Counted from the first letter of the stretch, positions 10,620 to 24,065 are shown. The stretch is DNA of 64,000 nt from Heptranchias perlo (GCF_035084215.1 NC_090361.1:1488001-1552000); one strand, 5' to 3'. Made by a program: numbers and translations. The notes: generated by a model not told the origin, from the sequence alone.

Positions 10620-11357
10620 ACTGTGTACGTAACCCATCGTATACCCTGTACGTAACCCATCGTATACTCTGTACGTAACCCATCGTATACTCTGTACGTA
10701 ACCCATCGTATACTCTGTACGTAACCCATCGTATACTCTGTACGTAACCCATCGTATACTCTGTACGTAACCCATCGTATACTCTGTACGTAACCCATCG
10801 TATACTCTGTACGTAACCCATCAGATACTCTGTACGTAACCCATCAGATACTCTGTACGTAACCCATCGTATACTCTGTACGTAACCATCAGATACTCTG
10901 TACGTAACCCATCAGATACCCTGTACGTAACCATCGTATACTCTGTACGTAACCCATTAGATACCCTGTACGTAACCCATCGTAATACTCTGTACGTAAC
11001 CCATTAGATACTCTGTACGTAACCCATCGTATACTCTGTACGTAACCCATCGTATACTCTGTACGTAACCCATCGTATACTCTGTACGTAACCCATTAGA
11101 TACTCTGTACGTAACCCATCGTATACTCTGTACGTAACCCATCGTATACTCTGTACGTAACCCATCGTATACTCTGTACGTAACCCATCGTATACTCTGT
11201 ACGTAACCCATCGTATACTCTGTACGTAACCCATCAGATACTCTGTACGTAACCCATCAGATACTCTGTACGTAACCCATCGTATACTCTGTACGTAACC
11301 CATTAGATACTCTGTACGTAACCCATCAGATACTCTGTACGTAACCCATCAGATACT
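10620..11357. repeat. 23-bp minisatellite (TCTGTACGTAACCCATCGTATAC)
   Basis: About 31 near-perfect tandem units with no unique spacers. Confidence 0.95.
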
Positions 11358-12047
11358 TCTTTGGGACTTCCCAAAGTTGTGACAGGGGCTGGAAATTGGG
11401 AACTTTCGTTTTCCCCTCAGCTCTGCCTCGCGCTGGATCCAGTTCCTCGGGATCTTGCTAACCTCATGCACCGTAACCAAACGACCCAGACAGTATCAGC
11501 AGCCTATTGAGCCATGGGTGGCTTCATCACCAAGGCCAGTCCTGTTGGTATTTAGCACCCAGCAGGAATCAGTGGACAGTAATCCAGGGGCACAATGGTG
11601 CGTTTTAGCCCCAAATACTACCCGAGCTGAGATAAGCTGCCTCAGCACAGGCTGGGGATGGAATCCAGGCCCAACACACTGATGGGGGGGAGGGAGGGGT
11701 TACATTTACCCCGCGCTGGCTGCCGCTGTATCTCTTTCTGAGGGGGAGGGTGGATGGGGGCAGCTCCTGTGAACACAGTTTGAAGAGAAGTTTCCCACAC
11801 CCATCCATCACTCACATTGTGCTCTTCATATTCAAACTACTTTGAAATGTTTTTGTTAAATTTTCCCGGTGTATTCCTGCAGACAGCGCTCGTAAATCCC
11901 TCACTGTGCTGTCTCTACTTAATCCCCACACAAATCACCTTTTCTGGGTCGGGGAGAATGTTTCCACCTGTGAACCACCCTCGCTGGGACACAAAACAAC
12001 AGCTGTCTGTCTGTCTGTCCCAGTCAGGGACGTCTGCAATTAATGTA

Positions 12048-12695
12048 CAGGGAGACACGAGCCCGTCGCAGGGGGAGACTGGGACATGAGCCCATCGCAG
12101 GGGGAGACTGGGACACTGACCCATCGCAGGGGGAGACCGGGACACTGACCCATCGCAGGGGGAGACTGGGACATGAGCCCATCGCAGGGGGAGACTGGGA
12201 CACTGACCCATCGCAGGGGGAGACTGGGACACTGACCCGTCGCAGGGGGAGACTGGGACATGAGCCCATCGCAGGGGGAGACTGGGACACTGACCCATCG
12301 CAGGGGGAGACCGGGACGCTGACCCATCGCAGGGGGAGACCGGGACACTGACCCATCACAGGGGGAGACTGGGACACTGACCCGTCGCAGGGGGAGACTG
12401 GGACATGAGCCCATCGCAGGGGGAGACTGGGACACTGACCTGTCGCAGGGGGAGACCGGGACACTGACCCGTCGCAGGGGGAGACCAGGACACTGACCCA
12501 TCACAGGGGGAGACCGGGACACTGACCCGTCGCAGGGGGAGACCGGGACACTGACACGTCGCAGGGGGAGACCGGGACACTGACCCGTCGCAGGGGGAGA
12601 CCGGGACACTGACCCGTCGCAGGGGGAGACCGGGACACTGACCCGTCGCAGGGGGAGACCGGGACACTGACCCGTCGCAGGGGGAGAATGGGACA
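12048..12695. repeat. 26-bp minisatellite (GCAGGGGGAGACTGGGACACTGACCCATC-like)
   Basis: Visible tandem units. Confidence 0.93.
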
Positions 12696-13527
12696 CAGGC
12701 ACAAAGGGATTGTGGGTTTATTTGGGACCAGTCAGACATGACCTGAGCTCTTATCCGCCGGGGGCCGTCCGCTCTCGCCCGTCTGCGCCGTCCGCTCTCG
12801 CCCGTCTGCGCCGTCCGCTCTCGCCCGTCTGCTCCCAGCCCACAGACACTTGTATTGTCCTGGCACCAGATTCAAACCATGTATCTCTTCTTTGACCTTT
12901 GCTTTTTGTCCAGGCCTCACTGTGGCAGTGACAGACGGACAGGTGCTGGTCTCACTGGGAGTCCTGATATCGGCCGGGCTGTCGTCAGAAGCACTGAGTG
13001 AATGAAGGGGGGGGCACCAGCATCACAGGGACTTTGCGTCAGCCAACGGTCACCACAGCATCCTGTGGGATCTCGGGCTCAGCTGTGCGGTGGGCAGTGA
13101 GAGGAGGGGCTTCGTGTGGCCGCAGGTTAAAATAGTCACATCTGAAACCCGGAACTTTCCACCTGTTGGATTAGTAAGAAGGGTGGGATTGGGTGGGAAT
13201 CTGGATTCAGGCAGCATTTCCCATCAAATGAATTCTTTCCAGAGTCCAGCGAGAGCTGATTCACCGCGAGCCAATTACCCGTCTCACCAACTAACTAACA
13301 ATTTCAACAAAACCTGACTCAATGATATTAACATGTCCATTAAACCCAAACACACAGCTCTCCCGCTGGCTCAGTGAATACATTAACCACCCAGTGGTAG
13401 TGAGGCTGCAGAATAGGCCGTAGATTCATACCCCCAGTCAAGGCAGCAATTGGTGGGTCACAGTATCCCTGGGAGGGATTAATGAGTCAGGGACTCCTGC
13501 TGGAAAAAGTACAGGACACTGTGTACA

Positions 13528-14020
13528 TACCCATCTCCCATCAATCTGGGGTACACCCCCCTCCCCATCTCCCATCAATCTGGGGTACACCCCCCTACCC
13601 ATCTCCCATCAATCTGGGGTACACCCCCCTCCCCATCTCCCATCAATCTGGGGTACACCCCCCTACCCATCTCCCATCAATGTGGGGTACACCCCCCTCC
13701 CCATCTCCCATCAATCTGGGGTACACCCCCCTACCCATCTCCCATCAATCTGGGGTACACCCCCCTACCCATCTCCCATCAATCTGGGGTACACCCCCTA
13801 CCCATCTCCCATCAATGTGGGGTACACCCCCTACCCATCTCCCATCAATCTGGGGTACACCCCCGTACCCATCTCCCATCAATCTGGGGTACACCCCCCT
13901 CCCCATCTCCCATCAATCTGGGGTACACCCCTCGACCCTTCTCCCATCAATCTGGGGTACACCCCCTACCCATCTCCCATCAATCTGGGGTACACCCCCC
14001 TACCCATCTCCCATCAATCT
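13528..14020. repeat. 33-bp minisatellite (CCCATCTCCCATCAATCTGGGGTACACCCCCCT)
   Basis: About 15 tandem units. Confidence 0.93.
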
Positions 14021-14029
14021 GAAAAACAT

Positions 14030-14990
14030 CCTATTTCTGCCTTCTAGCCATCTGTCGATCCATAGTTAAATTCTCTTTAATATCAAATGCCTTAATTTTC
14101 AATAAGTGTCCTTTGTGGGACATTACAAATCTCTCAATACAACACCCACCCCCTCCATCTGCACAGAGATTCTCTTAAAGATGTAAACAGTCAGGTGTCT
14201 CTGCCTCAGGCAGGGTCCTCCATTCATTATTTCATATAATTTCCTTTTGAGTATTTTCTTTCAGCAGTGACCCATTACCCTTTCCTCTGCTCCCATCCCC
14301 TGCCGTCAGAAAATGGAGCTAATATATGAAGTGAGCATCTCCACCATTACAAGGCAGCCCCTTCTCTCCTCTCTCCCAGTGGATCCATCCGTTCTTTACC
14401 AGCCATTTTATTTTTTTAGGTGGTCAGAAAAACCCTTGTGATTTCACTCTGTGGTTTTTTCATACTCCTGCTTAATCTTCCTAACCTCCTGTGAAGCTCC
14501 TCTCTGTATTTCACCTTTTATATTTCTCATAGTTTCTTCTACATTATCCTCCTTTATATTTATCATATTCCTTTTTGCTCTAACCTGTTTATTCATGAAA
14601 CCCCAGCCTTTGTCGCCCGCTCTCCTTACCCCAGTCCCAGTATATTTATCGTGTATCTTCTCCATCTCATCTTTAAATATCTTCCACTGCGTGTTCAGTA
14701 TCTGATTCACCACCTCCTCCAACCAGTTAATCTGGGCTCTGCCCCCTTTCATCCCACTGAAACCAGCCCATTTCCAGCCCAGCACCTCTGTCCTGTCCTC
14801 CTCCTCCTCCTCCCCCTCCTCCTCCCCCTCCCCCTCCTCCTCCTCCCCCTCCTCCTCCTCCGCCTCCTCCTCCTCCTCCTCCTCGTCCACCTCTTTACCC
14901 GATTCAATGTGGTCCTAATTATGGTCCAGTCACGATTTCCCGACCGGTCTTTTCAGGCCACACACTTGTTCTGCTCAGTTACACAGGACC
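14030..14990 (-). mobile_element. Degenerate CR1 LINE ORF2 fragment with an inserted (CCT)n tract
   Basis: Minus translation ...INW...QWKIFKDEM...KIKQEYEK resembles the CR1 linker between endonuclease and RT; the acidic run comes from the simple repeat at 14795-14890. Confidence 0.6.
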
Positions 14991-15145
14991 AGGTCTATCA
15001 CTGCACCCTTTCTATTGGGCATGGCCCCCCCAGCCCCCCAGGCTGATGGACAACATGCCTGCCCCTATTCTAAGGTCCACTTCTCAATTTAATCACAATG
15101 TTTGTCACTCCAGACAAGAGAGTTAAAATCCCCCCATCATTACAA

Positions 15146-15760
15146 GATGGGCAAGAGTGAGGTCATCTACTTTGGACCTAAGAAAGATAAATCGGAGTAT
15201 TTCCTAAATGGTGAGAAACCAGGACCTGTGGAGGAGCAGAGAGATTTAGGAGTCCAAGTACACATCTGGAAAACTGCTTTCAGTTCTGGGCACCGCACCT
15301 CAGGAAGGATATACTGGCCTTGGAGGGGGTGCAGAGGACAGGTTGCATAAACTTGGCTTGTATTCCCGTGAGTATAGAAGATTGAGGGGTGATCTGATTG
15401 CGTTGTTTAAAATGTTAAAAAGGTTTGATAGGGTAGATATAGAGAAACTATTTCCTCTGGTGGGGAATCAAGAACAAGGGGGCACAATCTTAAAATTGGA
15501 GTTAGGTTGTTCAGGAATGAAATCAGGAAGCATTTTTTCACACAAAGGGGAGTGGAAATCTGGAACTCTTCCCAAAGGCTGTGGGTGCTGGGGGTCAATT
15601 GAAATTTTGAAGACTGAGATCAATAGATTTTTGTTGGGTAAGGATATCAAGGGATAGGGAACCAAGGCAGGTAAATGGAGTTGAGGTACAGATCAGCCAT
15701 GATCTGATTGAATGGCGGAACAGGCTCGAGCGGCTGAATGGCCTCCTCCTGTTCCTAACT
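15146..15760 (+). mobile_element. CR1 LINE 3' fragment
   Basis: EVIYFG...QRDLGV..., [19 protein letters not shown]; 3' UTR GATCAGCCATGATCTGATTGAATGGCGGAACAGGCTCG. Confidence 0.9.
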
Positions 15761-16695
15761 CATTAGTACTGCAAACCTCTTTAAATTACCTACAGATCTC
15801 ATCCTCCATTTCCAGTCTGTAATACACTTCCAATTTTTATTATTTTTTAAACTCAACTCATTATCTGATCACTGTCAATAACATTTTTCTTTCTAGGTCT
15901 GCAAACAAATCCGTAATTAATAAGGGCATCCCGCCTCCCTTTTCTCCCTCTATATGTCCTGAAAATTTTTACAGCTGAAGGCAAGTCTTCAAGATCAGCA
16001 AACTCAGCAGAGACTGGGCACTGAACCTGGGCCGTTCCTGCCATTTACAGCTCAAAGGCTAGTGGTAGATCCTCAAACACACCTCTCACCTGGAACAATG
16101 TCTACAGCTCTAATACTGACGGGAGGGGGCGAGGTGCAGACGGGAGGGGGCGAGGTGCAGACGGGAAGACGGAGTATGGCAGAGAATACAAGCAGAAAGG
16201 GCACGGTCTCGGGGTTGATGGTCTATTAGAGATGTGGGGAATCGCAGTGGGGAGCACGGAAATGGACAGGTCGAGAAAGGCCTGGTGCCAGGAAAAGAGA
16301 AGCAGTAACTGGAGGGGAGGGAGAGGGAGAGAGGGGAGAGGGAAGGAAAGGAGAGGAGAGGGATGTAGGGTGGGTCTCTCTGAGGCATCAGGAAGCAGCT
16401 GGTTAGTCAGAGGCCATCAGATGAATGGGGACTGAGATCGCACACACAAACGGTGGAGTTAGGGACGGTAATGTTGTTTTCTTGTACTGGGCGTTTTCGA
16501 TTAAGGTTTGGAATGAGAGCTTTTTACAATGGTGCACTCCTGTGCTTCTCATTGATGAGGATCGAGCTGATGGGCTCCTTTAACAGACAGATACGCTGGA
16601 ATTTGCCGACAGTTCTCACTCAGAGGCGTCAATCTGCGAGTAAATAAAGTCTCCAAGTAACGACAAACGGTCCAGGGGGAGTGCCGACCACGACG

Positions 16696-17460
16696 AGGGC
16701 CCATGAACATCGGGGGCAGAGGGCGCGTGAACATCGGGGGCAGAGGGCGCGTGAACATCGGGGGCAGAGGGCGCGTGAATATCGGGGGCAGAGGGCGCGT
16801 GAACATCGGGGGCAGAGGGTCCGTGAATATCGGGGGCAGAGGGCGCGTGAACATCGGGGGCAGAGGGTCCGTGAACATCGGGGGCAGAGGGTCCGTGAAT
16901 ATCGGGGGCAGAGGGCGCGTGAACATCGGGGGCAGAGGGTCCGTGAACATCGGGGGCAGAGGGTCCGTGAACATCGGGGGCAGAGGGTGCGTGAACATCG
17001 GGGGCAGAGGGCGCGTGAACATCGGGGGCAGAGGGTCCGTGAACATCGGGGGCAGAGGGTCCGTGAACATCGGGGGCAGAGGGTCCGTGAATATCGGGGG
17101 CAGAGGGTCCGTGAACATCGGGGGCAGAGGGTCCGTGAACATCGGGGGCAGAGGGCCCGTGAATATCGGGGGCAGAGGGCCCGTGAATATCGGGGCAGAG
17201 GGCCCGTGAATATCGGGGCAGAGGGCCCGTGAATATCGGGGGCAGAGGGTCCGTGAATATCGGGGGCAGAGGGCCCGTGAACATCGGGGGCAGAGGGCCC
17301 GTGAACATCGGGGGCAGAAGGCCCGTGAATATGGGGGGCAGAGGGCCCGTGAACATCGGGGGCAGAGGGCCCGTGAATATGGGGGGCAGAGGGCCCGTGA
17401 ACATCGGGGGCAGAGGGCCCGTGAACATCGGGGGCAGAGGGCCCGTGAATATCGGGGGCT
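16696..17460. repeat. 24-bp minisatellite (CGTGAACATCGGGGGCAGAGGGTC)
   Basis: About 32 tandem units; source of the NIGGRG and MFTDPLPP ORFs. Confidence 0.95.
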
Positions 17461-17673
17461 CAGAGGCAGGAAGAGCTCAGAGTCCTGGCAGATTTAACCT
17501 GGACGATTAAGACACGCAGGAGTCTCAGTCAGTGTTACCTTTCTGAGATTGAGCCTCTCGCCCAGAACTCACCAAGAAAAAGCCTTGCTTCCATTTAATA
17601 ACCGACTGGATTTATTTTTAAGAGTAAATGGAGCTAGGTGACGTTGCCTGTGCTCCAGGCTGATCGGTCCCCA

Positions 17674-18010
17674 CAACAACAGCCTGCATTTATATAGCGC
17701 CTTTAACACAGTAAATCGTCTCAAGGTGCTTCACAGGAGCGATTATCAGACAAAATTTGACATGGAGCCACATAAGGAGATATTAGGACAGGTGACCAAA
17801 AGCTTGGTCAAAGAGGTAGGTTTTAAGGAGCGTCTTAAAGGAGGAGAGAGAGGCGGAGAGGTTTAGGGAGGGAATTCCAGAGCTTAGGGCCTAGGCAGCT
17901 GAAGGCACGGCCACCAATGGGGGAGTGAAGAAAGTCGGGGATGGACAAGAGGCCGGAATGGGAAGAGTGCAGAGATCTCGGAGGGTTATAGGGCTGGAGG
18001 AGGCTATAGA
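17674..18010 (-). mobile_element. L2-type LINE 3' fragment
   Basis: CAACAAC..TGCATTTATATAGCGCCTTTAAC end; reverse complement of the copy at 44390-45287. Confidence 0.8.
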
Positions 18011-19028
18011 GCTCCTGACAATGTCATCAGCTGCTCAGGAGAGGGGGACGCCGGGAGCAGCACAACTCCCCGGGGAAGAAGTCAGCACTTTTTGAAATTC
18101 CCAGATGTCCACTTATCACCGTGGTCTCACACACAGACTCCGAGTGACCAACGGAACCAATCTCCTCGAGTGGGGCTAAACATCAAATCTTCTCATTTTA
18201 GATCCCCAAAGGTTAAAGTTCACATTCCCTCCTGGGGGGGTGATCGTTACCCAAAGCGAGAGACAATCGGTCTGGAGACCCGTTCTGTCAGACACCTACT
18301 CCCCATCACACTTACCGGCTACTTCTTAAAACAAAGCTCTGTCTTGCAATTATTCAACGATGTCAAAAGCCATGCGGGATAATCAATATCGTCCCCCCCA
18401 AATAACCAACAGCGATAACTCCCGCCAACCCACAAATATGCAGGAAAACTGAGAAGAATGGAAGGAATTCCGATTATAGCCAAATAGGAAAATACCGGAA
18501 TCTATAAATACTGGAATCTATAAATCAGGCGGAGGGCTCACATTTTTTGCTGATTTCTGTGGTCAATTGGTGCAGGATCGGTCTGCCGGTGGACCATATG
18601 TGCACAATACCTGTCTGACAGGAGCTCGCGGGACCGCCCGCCCACGGTCTGCTATCTGCAGCACGGAGACGCAGATTTACGAGGCTGCTCCAGTGTGTGT
18701 TCCAGCTCAGAGACAGCACCTGATCCACAAGCTGTAAACACGAACACTGCACGGTTCAGACAGAGACAGGAGTGTTAGAGATTATACACCACAGACAGGG
18801 GAACCAGTGCAAGGGAAGGTGATGAAGAGATTGTGGATGATTGGTTTAGTCAGATTGTCCTTTGGGATCAGGGACTGATGGGAATCATAGCGGTGAACGG
18901 GTCCAAGAGAGGGACCCAGCACACACAGTGTGACAGTCAGTCTTCCAGCTCTGATCTCCATCGACCATGGATATATCGGAATGGAGAGCCTGACCCTCTC
19001 ACACGTCCCCTAGTGTTTGGGCCTGAGT

Positions 19029-19325
19029 GGTACAGTCCCACAGACACTGACTCTCTCTGGGGTACAGTCCCACAGACACTGACTCTCACTGGGGTACAGT
19101 CCCACAGACACTGACTCTCACTGGGGTACAGTCCCACAGACACTGACTCTCTCTGGGGTACAGTCCCACAGACACTGACTCTCTCTGGGGTACAGTCCCA
19201 CAGACACTGACTCTCACTGGGGTACAGTCCCACAGACACTGACTCTCTCTGGGGTACAGTCCCACAGACACTGACTCTCCCAGGGGTGCAGTCCCACAGA
19301 CACTGACTCTCACGAGGGACAGTGA
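19029..19325. repeat. 32-bp minisatellite (GGTACAGTCCCACAGACACTGACTCTCACTGG)
   Basis: About 9 units; reverse complement of the array at 20805-21480. Confidence 0.92.
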
Positions 19326-20139
19326 GACAGACTGGAGTCTGCTGGGGTGGGGCCACTACTAGAGGGTATTTGCCCCTTGATGGATGCCATCAGTGAGGCT
19401 GATTCTGCCCTCACCTGACCCTCAGACACGGGCACCTTCATGCAGGAGTGGGTGATTGTGATCAGGGGCAATACGTTGGCTGATTTTACTCCTTCTTAAC
19501 CCGGGGGCACTGAGGCAAATGGCAGCACTGCCACCGCCTATCTGACAGCAGCTATCTCAGTGCTGGCCGGATATTAAAGCTCAGACTTCCCTGTTCCCTA
19601 TGTTCACCCACAGCACACCGTGCCCCTGCACTGGGCACAGGGAGCAGCCAATTGTTTCGCAGGTGTTGCCTCGACCTCCTTCCCTGCTCGAGTGCCGGTA
19701 AAGGCATCGCTGTGACTGTGTGGCGTGTTGCTGGTGTATCCGGTAACGGTGCGGGCTGGCTGAGAGTGTCCGGGACAGGCAGGACTATCAGGAAGTGTCT
19801 AATAACCCAAGCTGTGGGATACGTGTGCTGATTCCTGAGCAGCCCTGCTCCGGCTCAGCCAAAGCCCAGGCAACTGGAATTCTTCAGCTATCAGAGGATT
19901 AGCCGGGATTAGAGAGCTGACTCTGAGCGGCTGTGATTAACAGGAGGGAAGATTGATGGGTCTGTGCCCTGGTGTCGTGCTTTCTGAAAGCTCTTTCTAG
20001 TCAGACTCTTGAATAACGGGGCTGTTTACTTCAGCACTCCGACCTGGCACCCTGATTAACCCTTTCAGCGCTGCACAGCAGTGAGAAAACACGGACACAG
20101 ATTCCCAAGTGATTTTCAGGATCAAATGGCTGACATCAA

Positions 20140-20625
20140 ATCTGTTTCTAGTGATGTTGGTCGAGGGATAAATATTGGCCAGGACACCGGGGAGAACTCC
20201 CCTGCTCTTCAAATAGTGCGGGGGGATCTTTACTGGAACGGGGGAGGGGGGGGGCCACGGTTTAACATCTCATCATAAAGTCAGCCCCTCCCTCAGTGCG
20301 GCCCCTCCCTCAGTGCGGCCCCTCCCTCAGTGCGGCCCCTCCCTCAGTGCGGCCCCTCCCTCAGTGCGGCCCCTCCCTCAGTGCGGCCCCTCCCTCAGTG
20401 CGGCCCCTCCCTCAGTGCGGCCCCTCCCTCAGTGCGGCCCCTCCCTCAGTGCGGCCCCTCCCTCAGTGCGGCCCCTCCCTCAGTGCGGCCCCTCCCTCAG
20501 TGCGGCCCCTCCCTCAGTGCGGCACTGGGAGTGTCGGCCTGGATGAAGGGCTCAAGTCTCTGGAGTGGAGTTTGAACCCACGACCTTCTGACCCCGAGGC
20601 GAGAGAGTGCGACCCACTGAGTCAC
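20140..20625 (-). mobile_element. tRNA-derived SINE with an internal 17-bp tandem expansion (CAGTGCGGCCCCTCCCT)
   Basis: Reverse complement of the SINE body seen at 2875-3280. Confidence 0.82.
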
Positions 20626-20804
20626 ACAGATTATAATGACCAGAATTTATTCATCTTTTTATCTGGTGTTGACTTCTTGAAGCAGGAAAATGTGCTTCGT
20701 AAACAAGGCGGGGGTTTACATAGAATTACATCAAGTCTACAGCACAGAAACAGGCCATTCAGCCCAACTGGTCTATGCCGGCAATAATACTCCTGCAGAA
20801 CTTA

Positions 20805-21480
20805 CCCCGGCGAGAGTGAGTGCCCGTGGGACTGTACCCCAGTGAGAGTCAGTGTCTGTGGGACTGTACCCCAGTGAGAGACAGTGTCTGTGGGACTGTA
20901 CCCCAGTGAGAGACAGTGTCTGTGGGACTGTACCCCAGTGAGAGTCAGTGTCTGTGGGACTGTACCCCAGTGAGAGACAGTGTCTGTAGGACTGTACCCA
21001 GTGAGAGACAGTGTCTGTAGGACTGTACCCAGTGAGAGACAGTATCTGTAGGACTGTACCCAGTGAGAGTGAGTGTCTGTGGAACTGTATCCCAGTGAGA
21101 GACAGTGTCTGTAGGACTGTACCCAGTGAGAGTGAGTGTCTGTGGGACTGTACCCCAGTGAGAGACAGTGTCTGTAGGACTGTACCCAGTGAGAGTGAGT
21201 GTCTGTGGAACTGTCCCCCAGTGAGTGTCAGTGTCTTTGGAACTGTACCCCAGTGAGAGTCAGTGTCTGTGGGACTGTACCCCAGTGAGAGTCAGTGTCT
21301 GTGGGACTGTACCCCAGTGAGAGACAGTGTCTGTAGGACTGTACCCAGTGAGAGTGAGTGTCTGTGGGACTGTACCCCAGTGAGAGTCAGTGTCTGTGGG
21401 ACTGTACCCCAGTGAGAGTCAGTGTCTGTGGGACTGTACCCCAGTGAGAGTCAGTGTCTGTGGGACTGTACCCCAGTGAG
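20805..21480. repeat. 32-bp minisatellite (CCAGTGAGAGTCAGTGTCTGTGGGACTGTACC)
   Basis: About 21 units. Confidence 0.93.
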
Positions 21481-22059
21481 AATCTGCTCCTTCACGAGGG
21501 ATGGAGATGAAAGTACATTACGGTATAATTGATATATTTTTCTGTGCAATTGTTTTGTGTTCTACATCGATTCCAAACACGTTTCACCCCCCATCGGATG
21601 GAATTTGATGTAAAACCTCTGGATATTTTTGTTTTTACAAAAGGGAAATTATTTCCCAGCGTGATTACGTGCAGCCAGAAAGCCGCCAGAGTTTCGAAAT
21701 TTACCAGATGCTCCGATCACCAGAGAAGGAATGCAATGTCAGGGATGGAATCAAACAGGAAAAGAAAGACAAGTGTTTGTCCAGCCCAAAAGCTTCAACT
21801 CTCAAATAAATTTCATTATTGGAAAAATATTGTTCTTTGTTTTGAGCAGCGCCCAGATTCCAGCACTCGTGATTAACGGGCTTTTCACCATATACAGGCA
21901 GGCTGTGGGCAGCCAGGAGCAGCTCCATGCTCAGGATGTGCAGGAGTCCATCACCACCCTGTCCAGGTGACACTGAGCCTTTGGAATGCTTTGAACAGAA
22001 ACAGTCACTAACTCGAAGCATGTCTGTGGTATTAGAGTGGTATCTCAACCATTTCATTG

Positions 22060-22866
22060 AATCATTACAGCACAGATGGAGGCCATTCGGCCCACTAAGT
22101 CCATGCCGGCTCTTTGTAAGAGCAATCCAGTTAGTCCCTTTCCCCCGCTATTTCCCTGTAGCCTTGTAAATTTTCTCCCTTTAAATATTTATCCAATTCC
22201 TTTTTGATAACCCCGATTGAATCTGCTTCCACTCGCTGTGTAAAAAAGATTTTCCTCATGTCGCCTTTGGTTCTTTTGTCAATCACCTTAAATCTATGTC
22301 CTCTGCTTCTTAACCCATCTGCCAATGGGAACTGTTTCTCTCTATCTATTCTGTCTAGACCCTTCATGATTTTGAATACCTCTAGCAAATCTCCTCTCAA
22401 TCTTCTCTGTTCCAAGGAGACCAACCCCAGCTTCTCCAGTCTATCCACGTAACTAAAGTCCCTCATCCCTGGAATCATTCCAGTAAATCTCTTCTGCACC
22501 CTCTCTAAGGCCTTCACATCCTTCCTAAAATGCGATGCCCAGAACTGGACACAATACTCCAGTTGTGGTCGAACCAGTGTTTTATAAAGGTTCATCATGA
22601 CTTCCATACTTTTGTACTCTATGCCTCTGTTTATAAAGCCCAGGATCCCGTATGTTTTTTTAACCGCTTTCTCAACCTGCCCTGTCACCTTCAAAGATTT
22701 GTGCACATATACCCACAGATCTCTCTGTTTCTGCACCCCCTTTAGAATTATACCCTTTAGTTTATATTGCCTCTCCTCATTCTTCCTGCCAAAATGTATC
22801 ACTTCGCACTTCTCTGTATTAAATTTCCTCTGCCCCGTGTCTGCCTATTCCACCAGCCGGTCCGTG
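22060..22866 (-). mobile_element. CR1 LINE 3' fragment with an intact 223-aa ORF2 C-terminal frame
   Basis: MIHFGRKN...LYKTLVRPQLEYCVQFW...RRLRGDLLEVFKIMKG. Confidence 0.92.
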
Positions 22867-22967
22867 TCCTCTTCAAGAGGCTGCTTTGTCCCCCCTCCCT
22901 TTACGTCATCCTCGTCAACATCCCCACTCCTCCCTTGTATTTATAGCACAAAGCCACTCACCCCCTG

Positions 22968-23150
22968 ACATAGCAGAGATGCATTTAAGGGGAAGCTAGA
23001 TCAGTACACAAGGAAGAAAGGAATAGAAGGATATGCTGATAGGGTGAGATGAAGTAGGGAGGGAGGAGGCTCGTGTGGAGCATAAACACCGGGATAGACC
23101 GGTTGGGCTGAATGGCCTGTTTCTGTGCTGCAGACTCGATGTAATTCTAT
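22968..23150 (+). mobile_element. CR1 3' end
   Basis: GGAAGCTAGAT...GGATATGCTGATAGGGTGAGATGAAG...GGGCTGAATGGCCTGTTTCTGTGCTG. Confidence 0.8.
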
Positions 23151-23267
23151 GTAAACCCCCGCCTTGTTTACAAAGCACACCATCCTGCTTCAGGAAGTCA
23201 AGACCAGATAAAAGGATGAAAGAAAATGTGTCTGGTTTTCACTCTTGATGGATAAATTATGGTAATT

Positions 23268-24065
23268 GTAGCTCAGTGGTAGCACTCACCTCTGAGTTAG
23301 AAAGTTGTGGGTTACATAATAACTAAAAAAAGACATAAGAAATAGGAGCAGGAGTAGGCCATTCGGCCCCTCGAGCCTGTTCCACCATTCAATCAGATCA
23401 TGGCTGATCTTCAACCTCAACTTCACTTTCCCGCCCGATCCCCATATCCCTTGATTCCCCTGGAGTCCAAAAATCTATCCATCTCAGCCTTGAATATATT
23501 CAATGATTCAGCATCCACAGCCCTCTGGGGTAGAGAATTCCAAAGGTTCACAACCCTCTGAGTGAAGAAATTCCTCCTCATCTCAATCTTCAATGGCCGA
23601 CCCCTTATCCAGAGACTTGAGCAGAGAGGGAGGGCTGCACTGTCGGAGGGGCAGTCCTGAGGGAGGGCTGCACTGTCGGAGGGGCAGTCCTGAGGGAGGG
23701 CTGCACTGTCGGAGGGGCAGTCCTGAGGGAGGGCTGCACTGTCGGAGGGGCAGTCCTGAGGGAGGGCTGCACTGTCAGAGGGGCAGTCCTGAGGGAGGGC
23801 TGCACTGTCGGAGGGGCAGTCCTGAGGGAGGGCAGCTCTGTCGGAGGGGCCGTCTTTATGATGAGTTGTTCCAGTAAAGATCTCACTGCATTATTTGAAG
23901 CGCAGGGAGGTCTCCCAGTGTCCTGGCCAATATTCATCCCTCAACCAACATCACTAAAACAGATTTCATCTGCCACTCATTTCATTCCTGTTTGTGGAAT
24001 TGTTCTGTGCGTATATTTGCCTACATAATAGTGAACGCCTTCAAAACGTCATTCATTGGCTGTAA
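23268..24065 (+). mobile_element. tRNA SINE interrupted by a minus-strand CR1 3' fragment (23334-23608), with a 32-bp internal expansion
   Basis: SINE head at 23268-23313 resumes at CCAGAGACTTGAGC (~23609); CR1 tail ACATAAGAAATAGGAGCAGGAGTAGGCC lies in between. Confidence 0.75.

Noticed and set aside
10620-11357. CRISPR-like regular arrays (also 50625-51300 and 59757-61915)
   Set aside because: Head-to-tail repeats without unique spacers, no cas genes, and a eukaryotic context.
14444-14890. Acidic-tailed 148-aa ORF
   Set aside because: A (CCT)n tract fused to decayed CR1 ORF2.
17572-17593. Possible upstream PSPN coding exon (MEARLFL, G|GTGAGT)
   Set aside because: Splicing to the 10058 acceptor meets an in-frame TGA, and splicing straight to exon 2 would lose the signal peptide; unsupported without RNA data.
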